Below are positions 12,001 to 25,292 of a stretch of DNA of 64,000 bases, piece by piece. Both the position numbers and the translations under genes were made by a program. Source of the stretch: Zygnema circumcarinatum SAG 698-1b (taxonomy: Eukaryota; Plantae; Zygnematophyceae); the NCBI GenBank assembly GCA_037447605.1, contig CM074810.1:1336880-1400879 (forward strand), in the 5' to 3' direction. Every line of letters starts with the position of its first letter. Position 1 is the stretch's first letter. Under the pieces are notes generated by a model, which saw only the letters and a list, made by a program, of their open reading frames with translations, did not search any database and was not told where the DNA came from.

Positions 12001-14393
12001 AGGGGACAACAGTCTCGTCATTTTCCATTTTTCGTTGTATGCAACCTCCATAGAGCCCTGCTGTGGCATTTTTACACTTACAGACAGTGCATTGCAGTTG
12101 ACAGATATCACGAGCAGCTCTTTAAGGGCCTTTGTTTTAGCACGGCCAGAAAGGAGGTGCTTTCAAGTGTGTCTTCTGAGCCGCAATGTCTGCTAATTGC
12201 AACCAGCATGTGCTGAAATGAGACATCTTTCAATATCTTGAGCTGCAAGAGGTCATGGCTTGTGTTCTGACGTAAGGTACTGTGAGCAGTGTGATTGACA
12301 TGAGTTAACAATTTTCTCTTTGAGCCGAGGAAATGTGTTGCATTGAGGTACATATTACTCCTATATAATTTTCCACTTTTTTGCGCTTCAATACATTAGC
12401 CAGCCACCCTCGGGGTTTTTCAGCAATTTCTGCTTGATTTGCTGGTCTTAAAGCTTTCGCCTATCGACAGCCTGAAGAGGAGGAACTGGTAGTGATCCAT
12501 ATAGCCTAAATCAGGGGGGCTTCAGGGCTACATGATGGGCTTATCGGTTTGCTGAGCCCCCGTTCCTCTGACGGGCTGGCCTATCTGCATTATAGACATT
12601 GGGTAGTGGCACATACGGCAGTATGCCAACTAATGGCAGGCAAATGAGGAGAATAAGGGGCATTTTGAAGGAACAGGAAGGCTGCATATTTGAGGGGCAA
12701 AGCTCGCCGTACCTGTTGGCCAACGATGCAAGTCTGGCATGCTACCACTTGGGTGTGGTGGTCTGCTGCAGCTTGAAGGCAGAGAATCTTCTGCTGTAAA
12801 GGCTGCAAGCTTCGGTCTATACGAAGCCCATTTTGTGGCCCTGACGGGGGCTTATGGAGCCCTGAAGTTGTGCTCTATCTCTGAACTTCAGTCGTATACC
12901 ATTTGAGGAAACGAGCCACCCCGCACTTACCAGAAGATAAAGGTCGCTGCAATACTTTTGCCAGTGCGCAACCTTGTATTATGCAGAATCTTTTGGGGCG
13001 TCTTTTGGTGGATGAGCCCACATTACGAGCCACCATCCATAAAAGTGCTGTTATAGCTGTTCTTTGCTTCATTTCAAGACACGCTGTACAGTATCAAGGG
13101 AATGACCCTTACTGAAAGGGAGACGATGTTTGCCACTAGTATGCTGCAGCTCAGTACATGCAAGAGACGAGGTAAGAGTTGCTACAGGGCGAAAGGGCCA
13201 TTGTCACTGGAAGAGGGAATGTCAGCTGTCTTGCTGGATGGCGAAGCATGCCTGCTTGGAGTCCAGAGAGAGCAATGGGCCGACTCTCACTGGTCAGATG
13301 GTGACCACGTTGTATATGAAGCAAGGCAGAGTGGGATCTGGAGATCAGTGCACTGTGCGAGGCCTCATGCCGGGACGCCATGGTCAGCAGATATTCTACC
13401 TTAATGAGTCTAGGGGTAAGCTGGAGACAACTTGGCTCGCCTGCGTTAAGTATATGCGAGAATATTTGAGCCCTATGGTTATGTGATAGTAGCGTCGACC
13501 ATGTCTGTATGGAATAGCTATAAATCAAGGTCCTCCACAATTTAGAATTACTGCACTATACTGTACTGGGCTAGGCTACCAGGCGGGGTCAGAACATGTT
13601 GCTATACGGGTTTTTGTTTGGAAAGCGTACTTTTCATTTCGCCTTCACTACTCTTTTTGGCTAGATCGATACTGATTCCGAATTTCGTACACCTGAAACT
13701 CTTCTATGCCTTATCCCCCCTACCCAACATAGACTTACCAAAATTCCTCTTATTTCCTATTATTTCCTCGTTTCCTCCTCTTCCTCCCATCACGAATTTT
13801 ACAATAATCTTTTGCACCATTCTAAACGGTTGCCATCTGTTGGTTCCACGCTCCTGCTCACATGCTGAACTGGTGAAAGGAAAGAACCCTCTTATTCATC
13901 TCTGGAAAGGCGTTCATTATTGATTTTAAAACAGCAGGAGGTCCGAGTCGGCTTCTGCTGCCATTGAAGTGAAAACCAAACTTTGTTGTTATGACGTACA
14001 GTCACAACACTTTCTGATCATTGACAGAGACCTCATTACCACACCGGACATTCCTGAGCCCTCGGAGCCATTGAGGAGCGTCCGAAAATTGGAAATCGAA
14101 GCGGCTTTCTTATACGGTAGTGCGATGTTCATGCGATGTGCGACGCGCATGCGAAGTCGCAAATGCGATGCGACTCGTGCCAGGCCGAGCGATGCGTACC
14201 GGTGCCTCGCATTACCGCCATAGTGCGACGCGAGCCCATTGTGCGACGTGCAAGCAACGTGCGACTACGGTGAACGTCATACTATGGGGATCTCGTCGCA
14301 CGAGACCAAGCCATGCGACACAAGTTTCGCAGGCTGAAGTGTGCCAGGGCCGTTGGGAGACTGATTCTGTTGCCCTCAAAATAGCTTGTACAG

Positions 14394-15317
14394 CCTCCAC
14401 ATCACTCAACTGTTGCGTTTTGATATGACTCACATCTGTTGGAGCTCTCTCCTCACAACATTGTAGAAGCGCATGGATCTGTTGCTCCTCATAAATAATT
14501 TTGTTCTACATCTTGATGCTGCCTCACTAAGACTTCAAATCTTAAAATAAACTCATCAATAAACTCTCTCCTTGAAAGACTTTTAAGTTACAAACTCTGT
14601 CCATAGAGAATTTCTTACAGCTATAGATTTCTCAAATAGATCTCTTTCAGTTTATCCCACATTTCTTTTGCTGTCGCTTTGCCGCACAAATGACAAGATG
14701 CTTTTGATCAATAAGACTAGCAATGTGATATTTTTCCTCACAGCTTGATTTCTTCCATTTCTTCAGATCTGGACCTGCCGCCACTGGTTTAGCATATGCA
14801 CCTTAACAATGTGGTATCAGAGCTGAGTGACAGAGAGTTGAGTGATAAATCTATTAAAAGAGGAAGTAAGTAAGCACAAAGAAAAGATAGGAGATTTTGA
14901 GAAAGACAAGAAAAATGAGTAAGAGCAATAATGCAGGGAAGATCTTGTCCAATAGAACAAATTATTCAACATAAGAGATCTTCACCAAAATCAAGCTGCA
15001 GAAAGAAGGATGTTGGGATGTTGTTGAAGGTACATCTGCTAAACCAAACAAAAGAAAAAAGAGAAAGAGAAAGAGATCTATCTAAAGAAATCTACAATTA
15101 AAAGAAATCTTTTATGGACAAAGTTTATGACTTTTAAGTCTTTCAAGAAGAGAGTCTATTGATGAGTTTATTTTAAGATTTGAAGTCTTAGTGAGGCAAA
15201 ATCAAGATGTAGACGGAATTATTTATGAGGGGCGGCAGATCCATGCGCTTTTACGTGAGGAGAGAGCTCCAACAAATGTGAGTTGTATCAAAACGCAACA
15301 TTTGAGTGATGTGGAGG
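14394..15317. mobile_element. Ty1/Copia PBS + leader + degenerate gag (+), with an inverted gag copy immediately upstream (-)
   Basis: tRNA-iMet-type PBS TGGTATCAGAGC at ~14813. Gag-like MSKSNN...IKLQKEGCWDVVEG from 14916. The minus strand of 14394-14808 reads AKEMWDKLKEIY...IDEFILRFEVLV (UBN2-like gag) and is the reverse complement of ~15020-15317. Confidence 0.8.
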
Positions 15318-16901
15318 TCGTATGTAACAGAGCTCTTTTGCTACAATAAGACTGTTGGTAACAAGAATATCACGCCTATTTGGTTCTTTACCAAGCACGT
15401 CTAATAATTCACAAAGAGAGGGTACAACCATCCCGTTAGTGTTGGTAGTTATAGTTCCTGGATTCTCCCCTCCTAAGCTACAGAGGGCCGGTTTTTTTTC
15501 GGTTCTTTCCCCTTCGCCGAGTCGCCGGCTCCTTCGGACATTCCTTTGCCATGTGTCCAGTCGCCTGACAACGGAAACACCGACTTTCCTTCTTCAGTTT
15601 CTCTTCCTCCTGCGGACTCAATTTTCGGATCTTTCCACGCGGGGAAGGAGCTGGCGTGTCCCCGTGGGTCTTTCTTTTCATCCCACGTCCATTCTTTCGG
15701 CGAGGTCGTTGGCTAGGTCCGCCACGACCTAAAGTGTTGCCTGCTGTGCACAAAGGACGCCCGCATCTGACGCACGAGGTGTGATAATGTCACGTGGCTC
15801 AACACGTGGACTACTGTAGCAGGCTAAGATCTAATACCCCAAAATGCTTCCCTCGCTCCTCACAGAATTTCTTCCAGTCACTGCATATCGCGGGCTGCAA
15901 GCTCTTAAACACTCTAAAAGCTTCACCCCACAGTGACGGGTAGGCATAGTTCACCCACTCCAGAGGTGGGCATCGGGTGGCGTGGAGGTAGACCTGCCCT
16001 AACCACTGCTCAATCGAGCAGTCGGTCTCGGGGCGCTCACCCCACCCTGTCAATAGGGGTCACCTCGGCCCTATTACTGTGGGGCGTGGTCCGGGTCGGG
16101 ATGATCCCACATCGCCAGTGGGAGTCCCAAAAGGGATTCCTCCACCACTGGGTTGTGCGTCCACCTCCATAGATTGACTCCCCCCGTAGTCGAGACCGGG
16201 GGAAGAGCTTCTTGCCGCAGCAGGGTGGGATACAGGGACTGCAAGAACAGGGGACGTAGACACAGCAGGGGGTCCCTATAGGGAGGTCCCTCGCAGACAC
16301 GGATCTAGACTACATCAAGGTGCGTTACGTGCGGTATGGACACTGACAGTGCAGCCTGGGGACTACCGGACGTACCTGTAGTCTTCCGCAGGCTCTCCCT
16401 GACTTCCGCCAGGTCCTTTTGCAAATCATCCCGGACGCTATCCAGGAGATTGCGGTAGTTCTCTGCAGCTGTCTGTTGATAGAGTTCCAGCTGCAGCATC
16501 CGTTGAGCTTGCAGAAGGTACTGCTCCCTCATGGCACATACCAACTCCCGGAGCTCAGCCTGCTCCGTCCGAATCCAATGCCCAGCCCTTACGGAAATGG
16601 GCTGCTCCATCAAATGTGGGGCCGTCGGGTCCCCCGGTTCTTCCTGCCAGGGCCCCTGCCCTGGCGCAGGTCGCCACTCCGGGGAGTCCGGAATCAGCGG
16701 CGACCAAGGTCCGGAGGCAGTGGAGCTGACCATAGGCAACTCCGGCCGCTCCACCTTCGTGGGAGCTGCTCCTGCTGATTCCTCCCCCCGTGCCTGGTCC
16801 TCCTCGTCCCGAATCAGCCGCGGTGGTGGTTTTGAGAGGCCCGCATCCCCTCCAGCTCGCTCCAGACTATAGATCCGTACTATACACCTTCAGGTTCGAT
16901 A

Positions 16902-18257
16902 CTGTACAGTACTGTACAATACAGTACAGTACAGTACAGTATCCCCCCTCCGACTAATATTTTCGCCATGGTTTCGGCAAATATTTTGGGGCAAAAATCT
17001 TGGAATTTGCAAATATAAGGAAGTCGAGTGTTACGAATAGGCGGGTGGTATTATGTTAGAGTCCCGGGTGCGGCCGTACTGTTTCTCTCTGTACGGAGGC
17101 ACATGGCCGCCCGGCGAGCCCTGTCGCGAGCTCCTATAAGTGCCGTACATTTAACTACACAAGCTCCTATTGGTGCCGTACGTATACCATACGATTAACC
17201 GTACCTTTTTTTTTGGAAAATTCTATTCTCACACCTTTTTTGTCTACGCACAGACCTCTTTTCCCTGGGCAGGTTTTAAAATAGACAAAAAAGGAACACA
17301 CCTTTCACACCTTTTTTTTTTCACCTTTTTTTTCACATCTTTTTGGAATCGATACACGCTACCAGTCCTGAGCGGCCGAGCGCCGTGAGACCTTTTTCTG
17401 TCGGGCAGATTTTACTCCTTATCATTTATTTTCAGAGAAAAAAATATCTGCCTGCCCGAATCCGTTCGCAGCGGAAGATCCGTCCGCCACGAGATCGTTC
17501 GCGGGTGGCCGTCCTTCACACGTGCAATAATTTTCCGCCGTCGATATTCACGCAGATCGCACCATGGCAGATCACCGTTCGATCAGCAGCCGGGCTCTGT
17601 CCCACGTGTCCCACCCAAGCCGGCTCCAAGGACCGTACAAAAGGCGTACGCCCGCAGCTTCGAGGAAAGTCAAAAAACGTAATAATTAAAGTTGAGTGCC
17701 TGTACCAATCACAGTTTGCCACGTCTAAAAAGAGCACGCGGCAGATGGTGATTGATTCAAGCTCGCAATGTAAGGAATTTAGACTTTCCTCGAAGCTGCG
17801 ACCGTACGAATTGTGTACGGTCCTCGAGCCTGCTCGGGTGGGACACGTGGGCGTGTGCCATTCGCTGGAACCGAGCCCGGCTGCCGATCGAAAGGTGATC
17901 TGCCGTGGTGTGATCTGCTCTAGAATCGACGGTGTATAGTTTCTGCACGTGTGAAGGACGGCCACCCGCGAACGATCTCGTGGCGGACGGATCTTCTGCT
18001 CCGAGTGGATTCGGGCAGGCCGATATTTTTTTCTTTGAAAAAAACAAGAAAGGGTAAAATCTGCCCGATGGAGAAAGGTGTGTATCGATTTCAAAAAGGT
18101 GGGAAAAAAAAGGTGAAAAAAAAAAGGTGAGAAGGTGTGAAAGGTGTGTTCTTTTTTTGTGCTATTTTAAAATCTGCCCGGCGAAAAGAGGCCTGTGTGT
18201 AGACAAAAAAGGTGTGAGAATAGAATTTTCCTTTTTTTTTCAGACTGTACTGTACAG
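16902..18257. mobile_element. TA-flanked MITE-like insertion with short inverted termini CTGTACAGTAC
   Basis: TACTGTACAGTAC at 16900-16912 and GTACTGTACAGTA at 18247-18259. Removing it rejoins the two gag ORFs in one frame. Confidence 0.6.
17215..18231. mobile_element. Non-autonomous Mutator-like (MULE) foldback element, 1017 bp
   Basis: ~455 bp TIRs (17215-17671 and 17782-18231) beginning GGAAAATTCTATTCTCACACC; 9-bp flanking direct repeat TTTTTTTTT (17206-14, 18232-40). The ORF track shows near-identical peptides on opposite strands. Confidence 0.85.
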
Positions 18258-19149
18258 TAAGCACCCTGTAGCACAAGATAAGTGGGGTTAAGGGGAGACT
18301 GCTGAGCTAGTTGCAGGTGCTGTACGGCCACTCGCGCGTCCGTGCTGAAACTGATGAAGGGTTGTGTTGGTGTTGTGGGTCTGCCTGCAGCATAGAGCCA
18401 GGATCCGGGGGATTCAGAGGTACGCGCAGCGGAAGACGTAGGGATCCTGAAGATGTTCCCACCGGCGGCTGGACTCGATGCGCAAAGAGCCCTTCCTTGG
18501 GGGCTCTCTTCCCCTGTCCTCTCTTCGGCTATTCTCTTCGCTAGACTTCTAGTTATCATCGGTCATTGGGAAGAGTGTAAGGCAGGATATCACAAGATGG
18601 TAGCTTGGCATAGTGACAGCAAAGGGAAAATAGGACTCAGCTTAGATAAAGGTTGTGTTTTGGAAACTCACCCCAGCCAGCGATTGGCTGGGGATTGTCA
18701 TTACAATGAAAGTGTCTTCTCACTGAAATCTTTGTCTGGCTGGGCTGAATGGGATGTCTAAATGCTATCAGCAAGAAGACTCTTTCTCTTTCTCTCTATG
18801 CAATGGAACTCTCTCTCTCTCTCTCTCTCACTTAGCATCTGTTGCTGGAGCTGAAGAGGCAGAAAAAGAAGAACAAGACAACAAACCACACAGCAAATAC
18901 AAATACTAAGCCCAGCACTAAAAGACAAACTAGCATCACTGACATCCCATCTACTTATCACTGACAGTAGATCCTGAGTCTTAGCAGTGACAGTCTCTGA
19001 TTGGCCAACTGCCCACTGAGAGGCCTGACTGACTACGTGGAGCCTTATGATAGGTCAACAAATGACAATCGGCGGCATTATGCGGCGCTTCCGAGTGCGC
19101 CTTGCTGGATGGTGTGCTGTTCCGTGGGCCGCCAACACATGGCGCCGCC

Positions 19150-19940
19150 TTCTCGCATTCTCTGTCGGCAGCTCCTGGATTATGCCGGTCCGTGACACTG
19201 AAGAGGCATATGTCAAGTACAACTGAACTGACGCGGATCCGTCGAGCGCAGCTCCACTACGCTACAACCCCTAATATTTTCCGCAATATTCCACAAGGAT
19301 GGATCGATGAAGTCGGCACAATAAAGCTGAATCTCATGGCGCGAGCTCAAGAGGAGGAATCTATGAGGTCATGTATGCGCCCAGCCTTAAGAAGAACCTG
19401 ATGTCTGTAAGGCAGCTTACCAGAAATGGTGTGCATGTCAACTTCTTTGGAGACAGATGCACTTTGAGGTGACAAAATGGTTGTTTAGCATTGGAGGCAT
19501 ATGACGATGGAAATTTGTTCAGAGTGAGATGTGCAAGAGGCAGAAGTGGAAAACACGGCACATGTGCTAAGAGCATATACTGCAGATGCTAAGCACCAGA
19601 ATAGAAAAACGAGGATGAAGTGAAATGTATGAAGGCCTCTGATGAAACAAAGAGAGTGATTATGAGTAATGTGCTGATCCAATGGGATTGTGTGTTGTGT
19701 TCATCGTGTGTGTCTGGTGCGAGTAAGAGTGTGTCATTTCTTTCACAATGTGGTATCAAAGCCGAGTGATAGAGAGCTGAATGATAGATCTACTGAGAGA
19801 GGAAGTAAGTAAGCACAGAGATAGGATAGAAGGAGATTTTGATTGAGACAGAAAGCACAGAGAAAGGATAGAAGGAGATTCTGATTGAGACAGGAAAAAT
19901 GAGTAAGAGCAAGAACAGTGATATGAAGGGTGAGTAGTGA
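19150..19940 (+). mobile_element. Ty1/Copia protease-region remnant, probable LTR end, second PBS and leader
   Basis: Degenerate ...RHMS...VGTIKL...VMYAPSLKKNLMSVRQLTRNGVHVNFFGDRC (19200-19470). PBS TGGTATCAAAGC at ~19751, followed by a leader homologous to 14813-14930 and ATGAGTAAGAGC. Confidence 0.75.
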
Positions 19941-20571
19941 GGATTGGTCGAGTAATCCTGCAGTACTCAGGATGAGCTTGAATGTGAATTTTGGCGTTGT
20001 TCCGCTACTAAAACACGACTTGCATATGAAGGAAAATTTAACTGCATTGCATGGAACTCCTCGGTCACTATTTGGTGACCAAAGATTTGTCAAAGCATGG
20101 CACGCCGGCAACAACGAGACACGCTGAAAACATCTCGGACATCACATGATGGAAAAAGCATGATGTCGACAAATCAACAAATAGCAACATCACAGATTAC
20201 GTCACACAAGTTCAATCTTAGCACTCAGATCAGTGAACAAGACATGATACGGAGTACCGAGTCAAGTCCTGCACCATGAAGAGCCGCAACAAAGGGGGAT
20301 ACATCCTGAGCTTCATAGAACTGCCGAGAACCTCACAGGTGCTGGGTTGGTTGTGCTATTGTCAAGGAGCAAGCCACGAACAAATATGCATGCAGCATGA
20401 GCCCCGTATTTTTAATCCCCATATATGTGCATTTTTTACATAAAGGCGCTTAAACAATATTTTGCACAGCTTCAAAATCCTGAAACCCGACATGCAGGGT
20501 TATTGTACGTGCACATCACCAATTCAAGATTTCCCCTATAACTTGCTAATAATGTGATACTCCTGCGGCGA

Positions 20572-23500
20572 TTAACTGGAGGAAAAACTGTCATCGAAGT
20601 ACCTGCTTCAAAGCGCACAACACAAGCAAGCATCACAAGGTTGAGTCTTAGGTAGCGAAATCAATATGGGAAAGCATCGTCGCGCTTCCTCTCGCCCCCT
20701 ATTCTCTCCCCTCCCTTTCTCCCCTCTACTCTCCCACCTCACAAAAGTCTGGAGTGAGATAGTGAGATGGCCTGTGAGAGAGCAAAATCAGCGAGAACAC
20801 GGGGTTGACTTCAGAGTGGGAGTGAAAAAGAGCGGCGAGAGCGGGAGTGAGAAAGCAAGGACAGAGAGAGAGAGTGAGAGAGGGACCTTGACCTTCTTAT
20901 TGAACCCCAACAATGCTATGATAGAAAAGGACGTAGACTCCATCGACTCTCAAGAGGAAAACTTTTCACTCACTTTGCACTCATCTGCTCGACGGCCTCT
21001 GACGCAAGAAGCAATGTTTCAGAAGCTCTCTCCATAACAGTCCAAAGATCGCAGTCGAAATTCCTTCTGAGCACAACCCACGCATTGTTCCTCCCTCTCA
21101 CACATATTTCCTGACTCTCTCTCCCTCCCTCCTCCTTCTGGTATGATCCTCCTTCTTTATCCTGCTCGGACCCTTCAGAATGTATCTGCTGCGAAGTTGC
21201 TTCTTGTCGAACTTGATTCAGCAGGGCAAGTGAATCCTGCAATACGACATCAATAACCCTACTTCAAGTGAATACAGATAAGGAAGGAGAGAATTGAAAG
21301 TTTCTTAAAGACAGCAACCTCGCCCCCTCCCACTCAGACACCATCACACCCTCTGCCTCCTGCTCACTCTCTCCCACTCTCGCACACTCCCGCTCTTTCT
21401 CCTTCCATTCCTCTTACTCCTGTGAAAAGTTGGGCGTGATAGAGACCTTAGAAAGAGTGGTCACTTTGATAGGAGGAGATGCTTGAATCGTTCGAGTGGA
21501 GGGATCAACGAGGAGGTAACGATGTCCCTTAATGTGTGTTGCCACAGGTCCTCCCCAATGGCGGGAGAGAGTTTCCTGTAATTCCTCTACCGCAGGGGCT
21601 ATCTGATAATGCAATTCCACCCAAATGTCAGTAAGTGAAACTAAGAACACAAAGCAACGGCTTATCGATGCAAGCAAGCAGCGAGCAAACCGAAATGGAC
21701 ATCAAGGAGAGGAGGTCTTAACATGGATAACATTGGGACGCCACATATACGTATAGCAACTTTAAAAAGAGGTAAAAACATACTAAACACGACAAAAATA
21801 AGTTAAAGGTGGACTCACAGTGTGAAAGAGCTCCTCTGCAATGTAGGCTGCCCCTCCTTTAGCAGGCATGAGAAGCAGCATAGTAAGGGCCTTATGCTGG
21901 AAAATCAGCATCTCTCTCCATCCCCTCTCTTTACCAGCCTTCAAATACACTCTAGGAGCCACTGCCTGACCCTCCTCCACTCCCCATGCTACGGTGCTCA
22001 AAAAACCACTCGCTGTTTTGTACCACGCATCTCCCTTCATTGGCTGTGGAGGTTGGTCGGAAAGGGAAAACCCGAATTCCTGAAAAGGGGATGGGGTCCC
22101 TGAAGGAGGAGAAGAGAAAGAGGGAGCCGTCTCTGCATTACTCCCTCCATGGGAGGAGAATCGTACATCTTCTGAAACACTTCTAGAAGGCTGGGAAGCC
22201 TGTGTTGGTCTCCTACCTCCTCCCCCTGTAAAGGGAACTTTCCCTGGAGAGGTCCTAAAGAGTGATCGCAACTTTGATCTGCCAAAAGAAGGGGGCTTCG
22301 CAGACATGGCTGAGAAGAAACTAAGAGAAGTCTGCTCTGAATCGGAGATTGTATGTGCAGAGAGGGAGGGAGAATGCAGTAGAGGGGACGACCGGGATTG
22401 GAGGAGCTGCCGAGGGATGGTGGTGGAGGAGGTAGAGGAAAGTGCAGAGGGAATAAGGCGGAGATTAGCATATGTGCAGAGGGGGGAAGTGCACTCCTGT
22501 CGTATCATGTTCATCATGATATTGAAAAAAAAAAAGAGGCAATAGAATGTCAGAAAGATTGAAGGGAGTTAGCAAGGGCCCCCACTGACCGCTTTGAGTC
22601 AAATCCTGGGGAGAGAATAGTAAGCAAGATTTGAGGCAATGTCGGAAAATCAATCAAGTCAGCAATATCGAGAAAATAATAGCGAGTGATGACGAAGATG
22701 AAGTGCATAAGCAATTTTTAGAAACCTGAAGAATGCATTGGCTTTACATATATCGGAGTTTGTACAGGTTTACATCATGCAAAGGTGAATGTGTTCTTGT
22801 TTGCAATTCGCTATTCAACAAAGCAGTGCAAACAGTTCTGGTGAATGTGACTTACGGGAGGTAGGGTGGTGGATACAAGCAAGTCATGGAACATAAGGAC
22901 GCAATCGATGCGGAATACGGCCTCCTGCGATGCTTGAATTGAGCCAATGACCGACTGCAAAGGATAGCAGGAGTCCATAGGAAATGGGACGAGAGTCAGC
23001 ATGCCATGCATTATTGAAAATTCAAACCACCACGGACAAGGAAAAGTGCATGGGATGTATGTCTGCAGTCGCTTAAGTAGAGTTCACAACCCAAGGTAGT
23101 GGCTCTGACTACCAGTTCTATAGTATACCTTCCGACAAATCAAATCCTTTAGCTCTTATCCATTACTCATGAAAATGCTGTAAATACTATTGAATACTGT
23201 TGCAGTTACGATAAAAGTTCGATATGTTTTTAAGGTCAAACACATTCAAACACATTATCCCAATTGCTACGGTTGAGTTACGGTTACAGCAGGTTTGCGT
23301 ACCTGCACATTCAAAAAAGAGTGGCGATCTAAAGGAAGCAGCTGAACTGCGCCACGTTCTGTCAGTCCGTCCGCCATGGTCGGCAATCTCCACTTTCTAC
23401 CTGTTGATCCCTCTGCCACGAATTTCTCAAGCACCGTAAAACCATGTTGCAGTATAAGCCCAAAGAAAAAAGCATCCTACCTATAGTGTTGTTTTCCCCA

Positions 23501-25213
23501 GTGAATGAAGACAATCGCAACTGGTGGATAACCACCATCACCAGTTCAATGCATGGTCGTAAACATAAACCCTCAAAGCAAGAAGTCCCCTATAGTGCTC
23601 CGTACTACTCGACTTTTTAACCTCCCCAATGCAAATGAGATGACCCACCGACTAGCCCATCCGCTTTGCTGTCAGCAATAGACGAGAGAGCGCTCCCGCC
23701 CCGCCGAGCAGCCGCTGTCCCAAAAATAAGGACAGAAACAAAGGCGTCGCAGACCTGAAAGGTAGTCCGGAAAAAATGCTGCGAGTGAACGTTTAGCTGC
23801 GTCGGGAGAAGGTTGGTCGGCCAAGAGGAGGTCGGATATGGGGCCGAAGAAGAGGTTGAAGAGAGAGTGGGCTTCACGGAGCACATCTCTTAAGGCCTCC
23901 GTGCGTATGTTTTCTTCTACTCCAGCTGTTCCGCCCTTTTCCGCCACCTGAATGACCACAGGGGGATGCCTGAGTTCGAAATTCAAAACTTTACGAGAGT
24001 GCAGTGGTCAGCAGAAGTTTTAGATAGGCTAGTCGCTCTGAAGTTTGCAGAATATGGAGATTGTTTCGGTCGGCAAAGAATGCAGTGGTAAGGTGATGCC
24101 GCATACCTACCAGCACCATCCAGATGGACGGCTCGCATTCCAGGAAAACATGAATGTGCTTCTCAGCATCCATGACCTCACATGGATGCGCCGGGGAAAA
24201 CACTCTGTTCATGCACAAAACAAAAAACATCAACAGCCAATGTTCTTCTGTCCGAAGAGTCGAGAACGTGGAGGTATAACCAAATCACGCATTTCAATTT
24301 GCACAGTGCAAGCAATACGAACTGCCTGTGCATTGTGGGAAGACAGTGGCAGCAGCGTATGTGAAAAACAAGGGTACACATTACTTGTTAGAGGATCTCG
24401 CTGTCAATGCTGTGTCGCTAAGTATGTTTGAAGAAAGATTCAACAACAAGATTCTAAAAAAAAAAAAAAAAAAAACCTCGGCATGAGACAAGAAAGGTGG
24501 TTGCTACTAGTAACCGTGCAAAACAATTTGCATGAGAAATAAGCTTACATCAGATAGGGAGATGGTTTTAACTTCACCAGATAAGTTGTTGACTAATTCT
24601 CATAAAGCAAACCACGTCGATAACTGGTTTGTAATACAACTCATGCAGTGGGCGATATGCCAGGGAGCAAGAATTCCATATTGTTGAAAAAAATTGCAAA
24701 CACCAAAAGCATTCCCTACAATCGACACCATCAAGGGAAAAACCAACAGAGCTCCAGTCTACGCCTTAAATATTCTTACCCCATTTTCCGTTTTAACTCA
24801 AGCAACTGGATTTCATTTCCTTCTCTGGCACTTTGGTCTTGTTGGAGGTTCGTTCAGGAACATATTTCGAGACAATCTTCTAGATATCATAAAACATAGG
24901 TTTCTTCTAGAAGAAGCATCGAGCAGCATGGTGCTCCACCACAAACGGTTCTACAAATTTCGAGCATGTAGATGATGATAATTTGATAGTGAGAGACTCG
25001 GAGAGTCGAAAGATCAGAGGATTAGAGGAGGGCTAACCGGGTGAAGGTGATGAGGCCCTCCGCCAAGCCCACGAGAGAGAGCTGCTCCCACGGAGCAGTG
25101 CGCTCCGGAAAGAAGTACAAAATCTTGTCCGCCTCCTCGCCTTCTTGCTGACCTCGCCTCGTATCGAACACACAGAGGCGTAAGGCCTGCGCGGCGCTCG
25201 CAGGCCCCACCAT
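20572..25213 (-). CDS. CCZ1: Vacuolar fusion protein CCZ1 homolog (MON1-CCZ1 Rab7 GEF subunit)
   Basis: 9 exons: 25213-25038, 24204-24111, 23947-23755, 23400-23303, 22954-22856, 22496-21819, 21602-21447, 21236-20974, 20602-20572. N-terminal longin motif LCVFDTRRGQQEGEEADKILYFFP...VGLAEGLITFTR; C-terminal ERASETLLLASEAVE. Confidence 0.92.
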
Positions 25214-25221
25214 TGCTTCAG

Positions 25222-25223
<2 letters not shown>

Positions 25224-25290
<67 letters not shown>
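25224..25290. repeat. (GA)n microsatellite just upstream of the CCZ1 ATG
   Basis: Direct inspection; (CT)n on the sense strand, typical of plant 5' leaders. Confidence 0.95.

Positions 25291-25292
<2 letters not shown>

Larger units (their letters stand above)
15478..18559 (-). mobile_element. Degenerate Ty3/gypsy-like gag, interrupted by nested DNA elements
   Basis: CCHC knuckle CFRCQATGHMAKEC (ORF 15478-15753); retrotransposon-gag-like segment WVNYAYPSLWGEAF...DWKKFCEE; N-terminus MITRS at 18559. Stops and frameshifts throughout. Confidence 0.7.

Noticed and set aside
13130-13486. 118-aa ORF with GRKGHCHWKREC resembling a broken zinc knuckle
   Set aside because: Spacing does not fit CX2CX4HX4C in one frame and no other retroelement motif is recognisable; left unassigned.
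17343-18094. 198-aa and 192-aa ORFs on opposite strands with similar sequence
   Set aside because: Mirror readings of the MULE inverted repeats; no transposase motifs.
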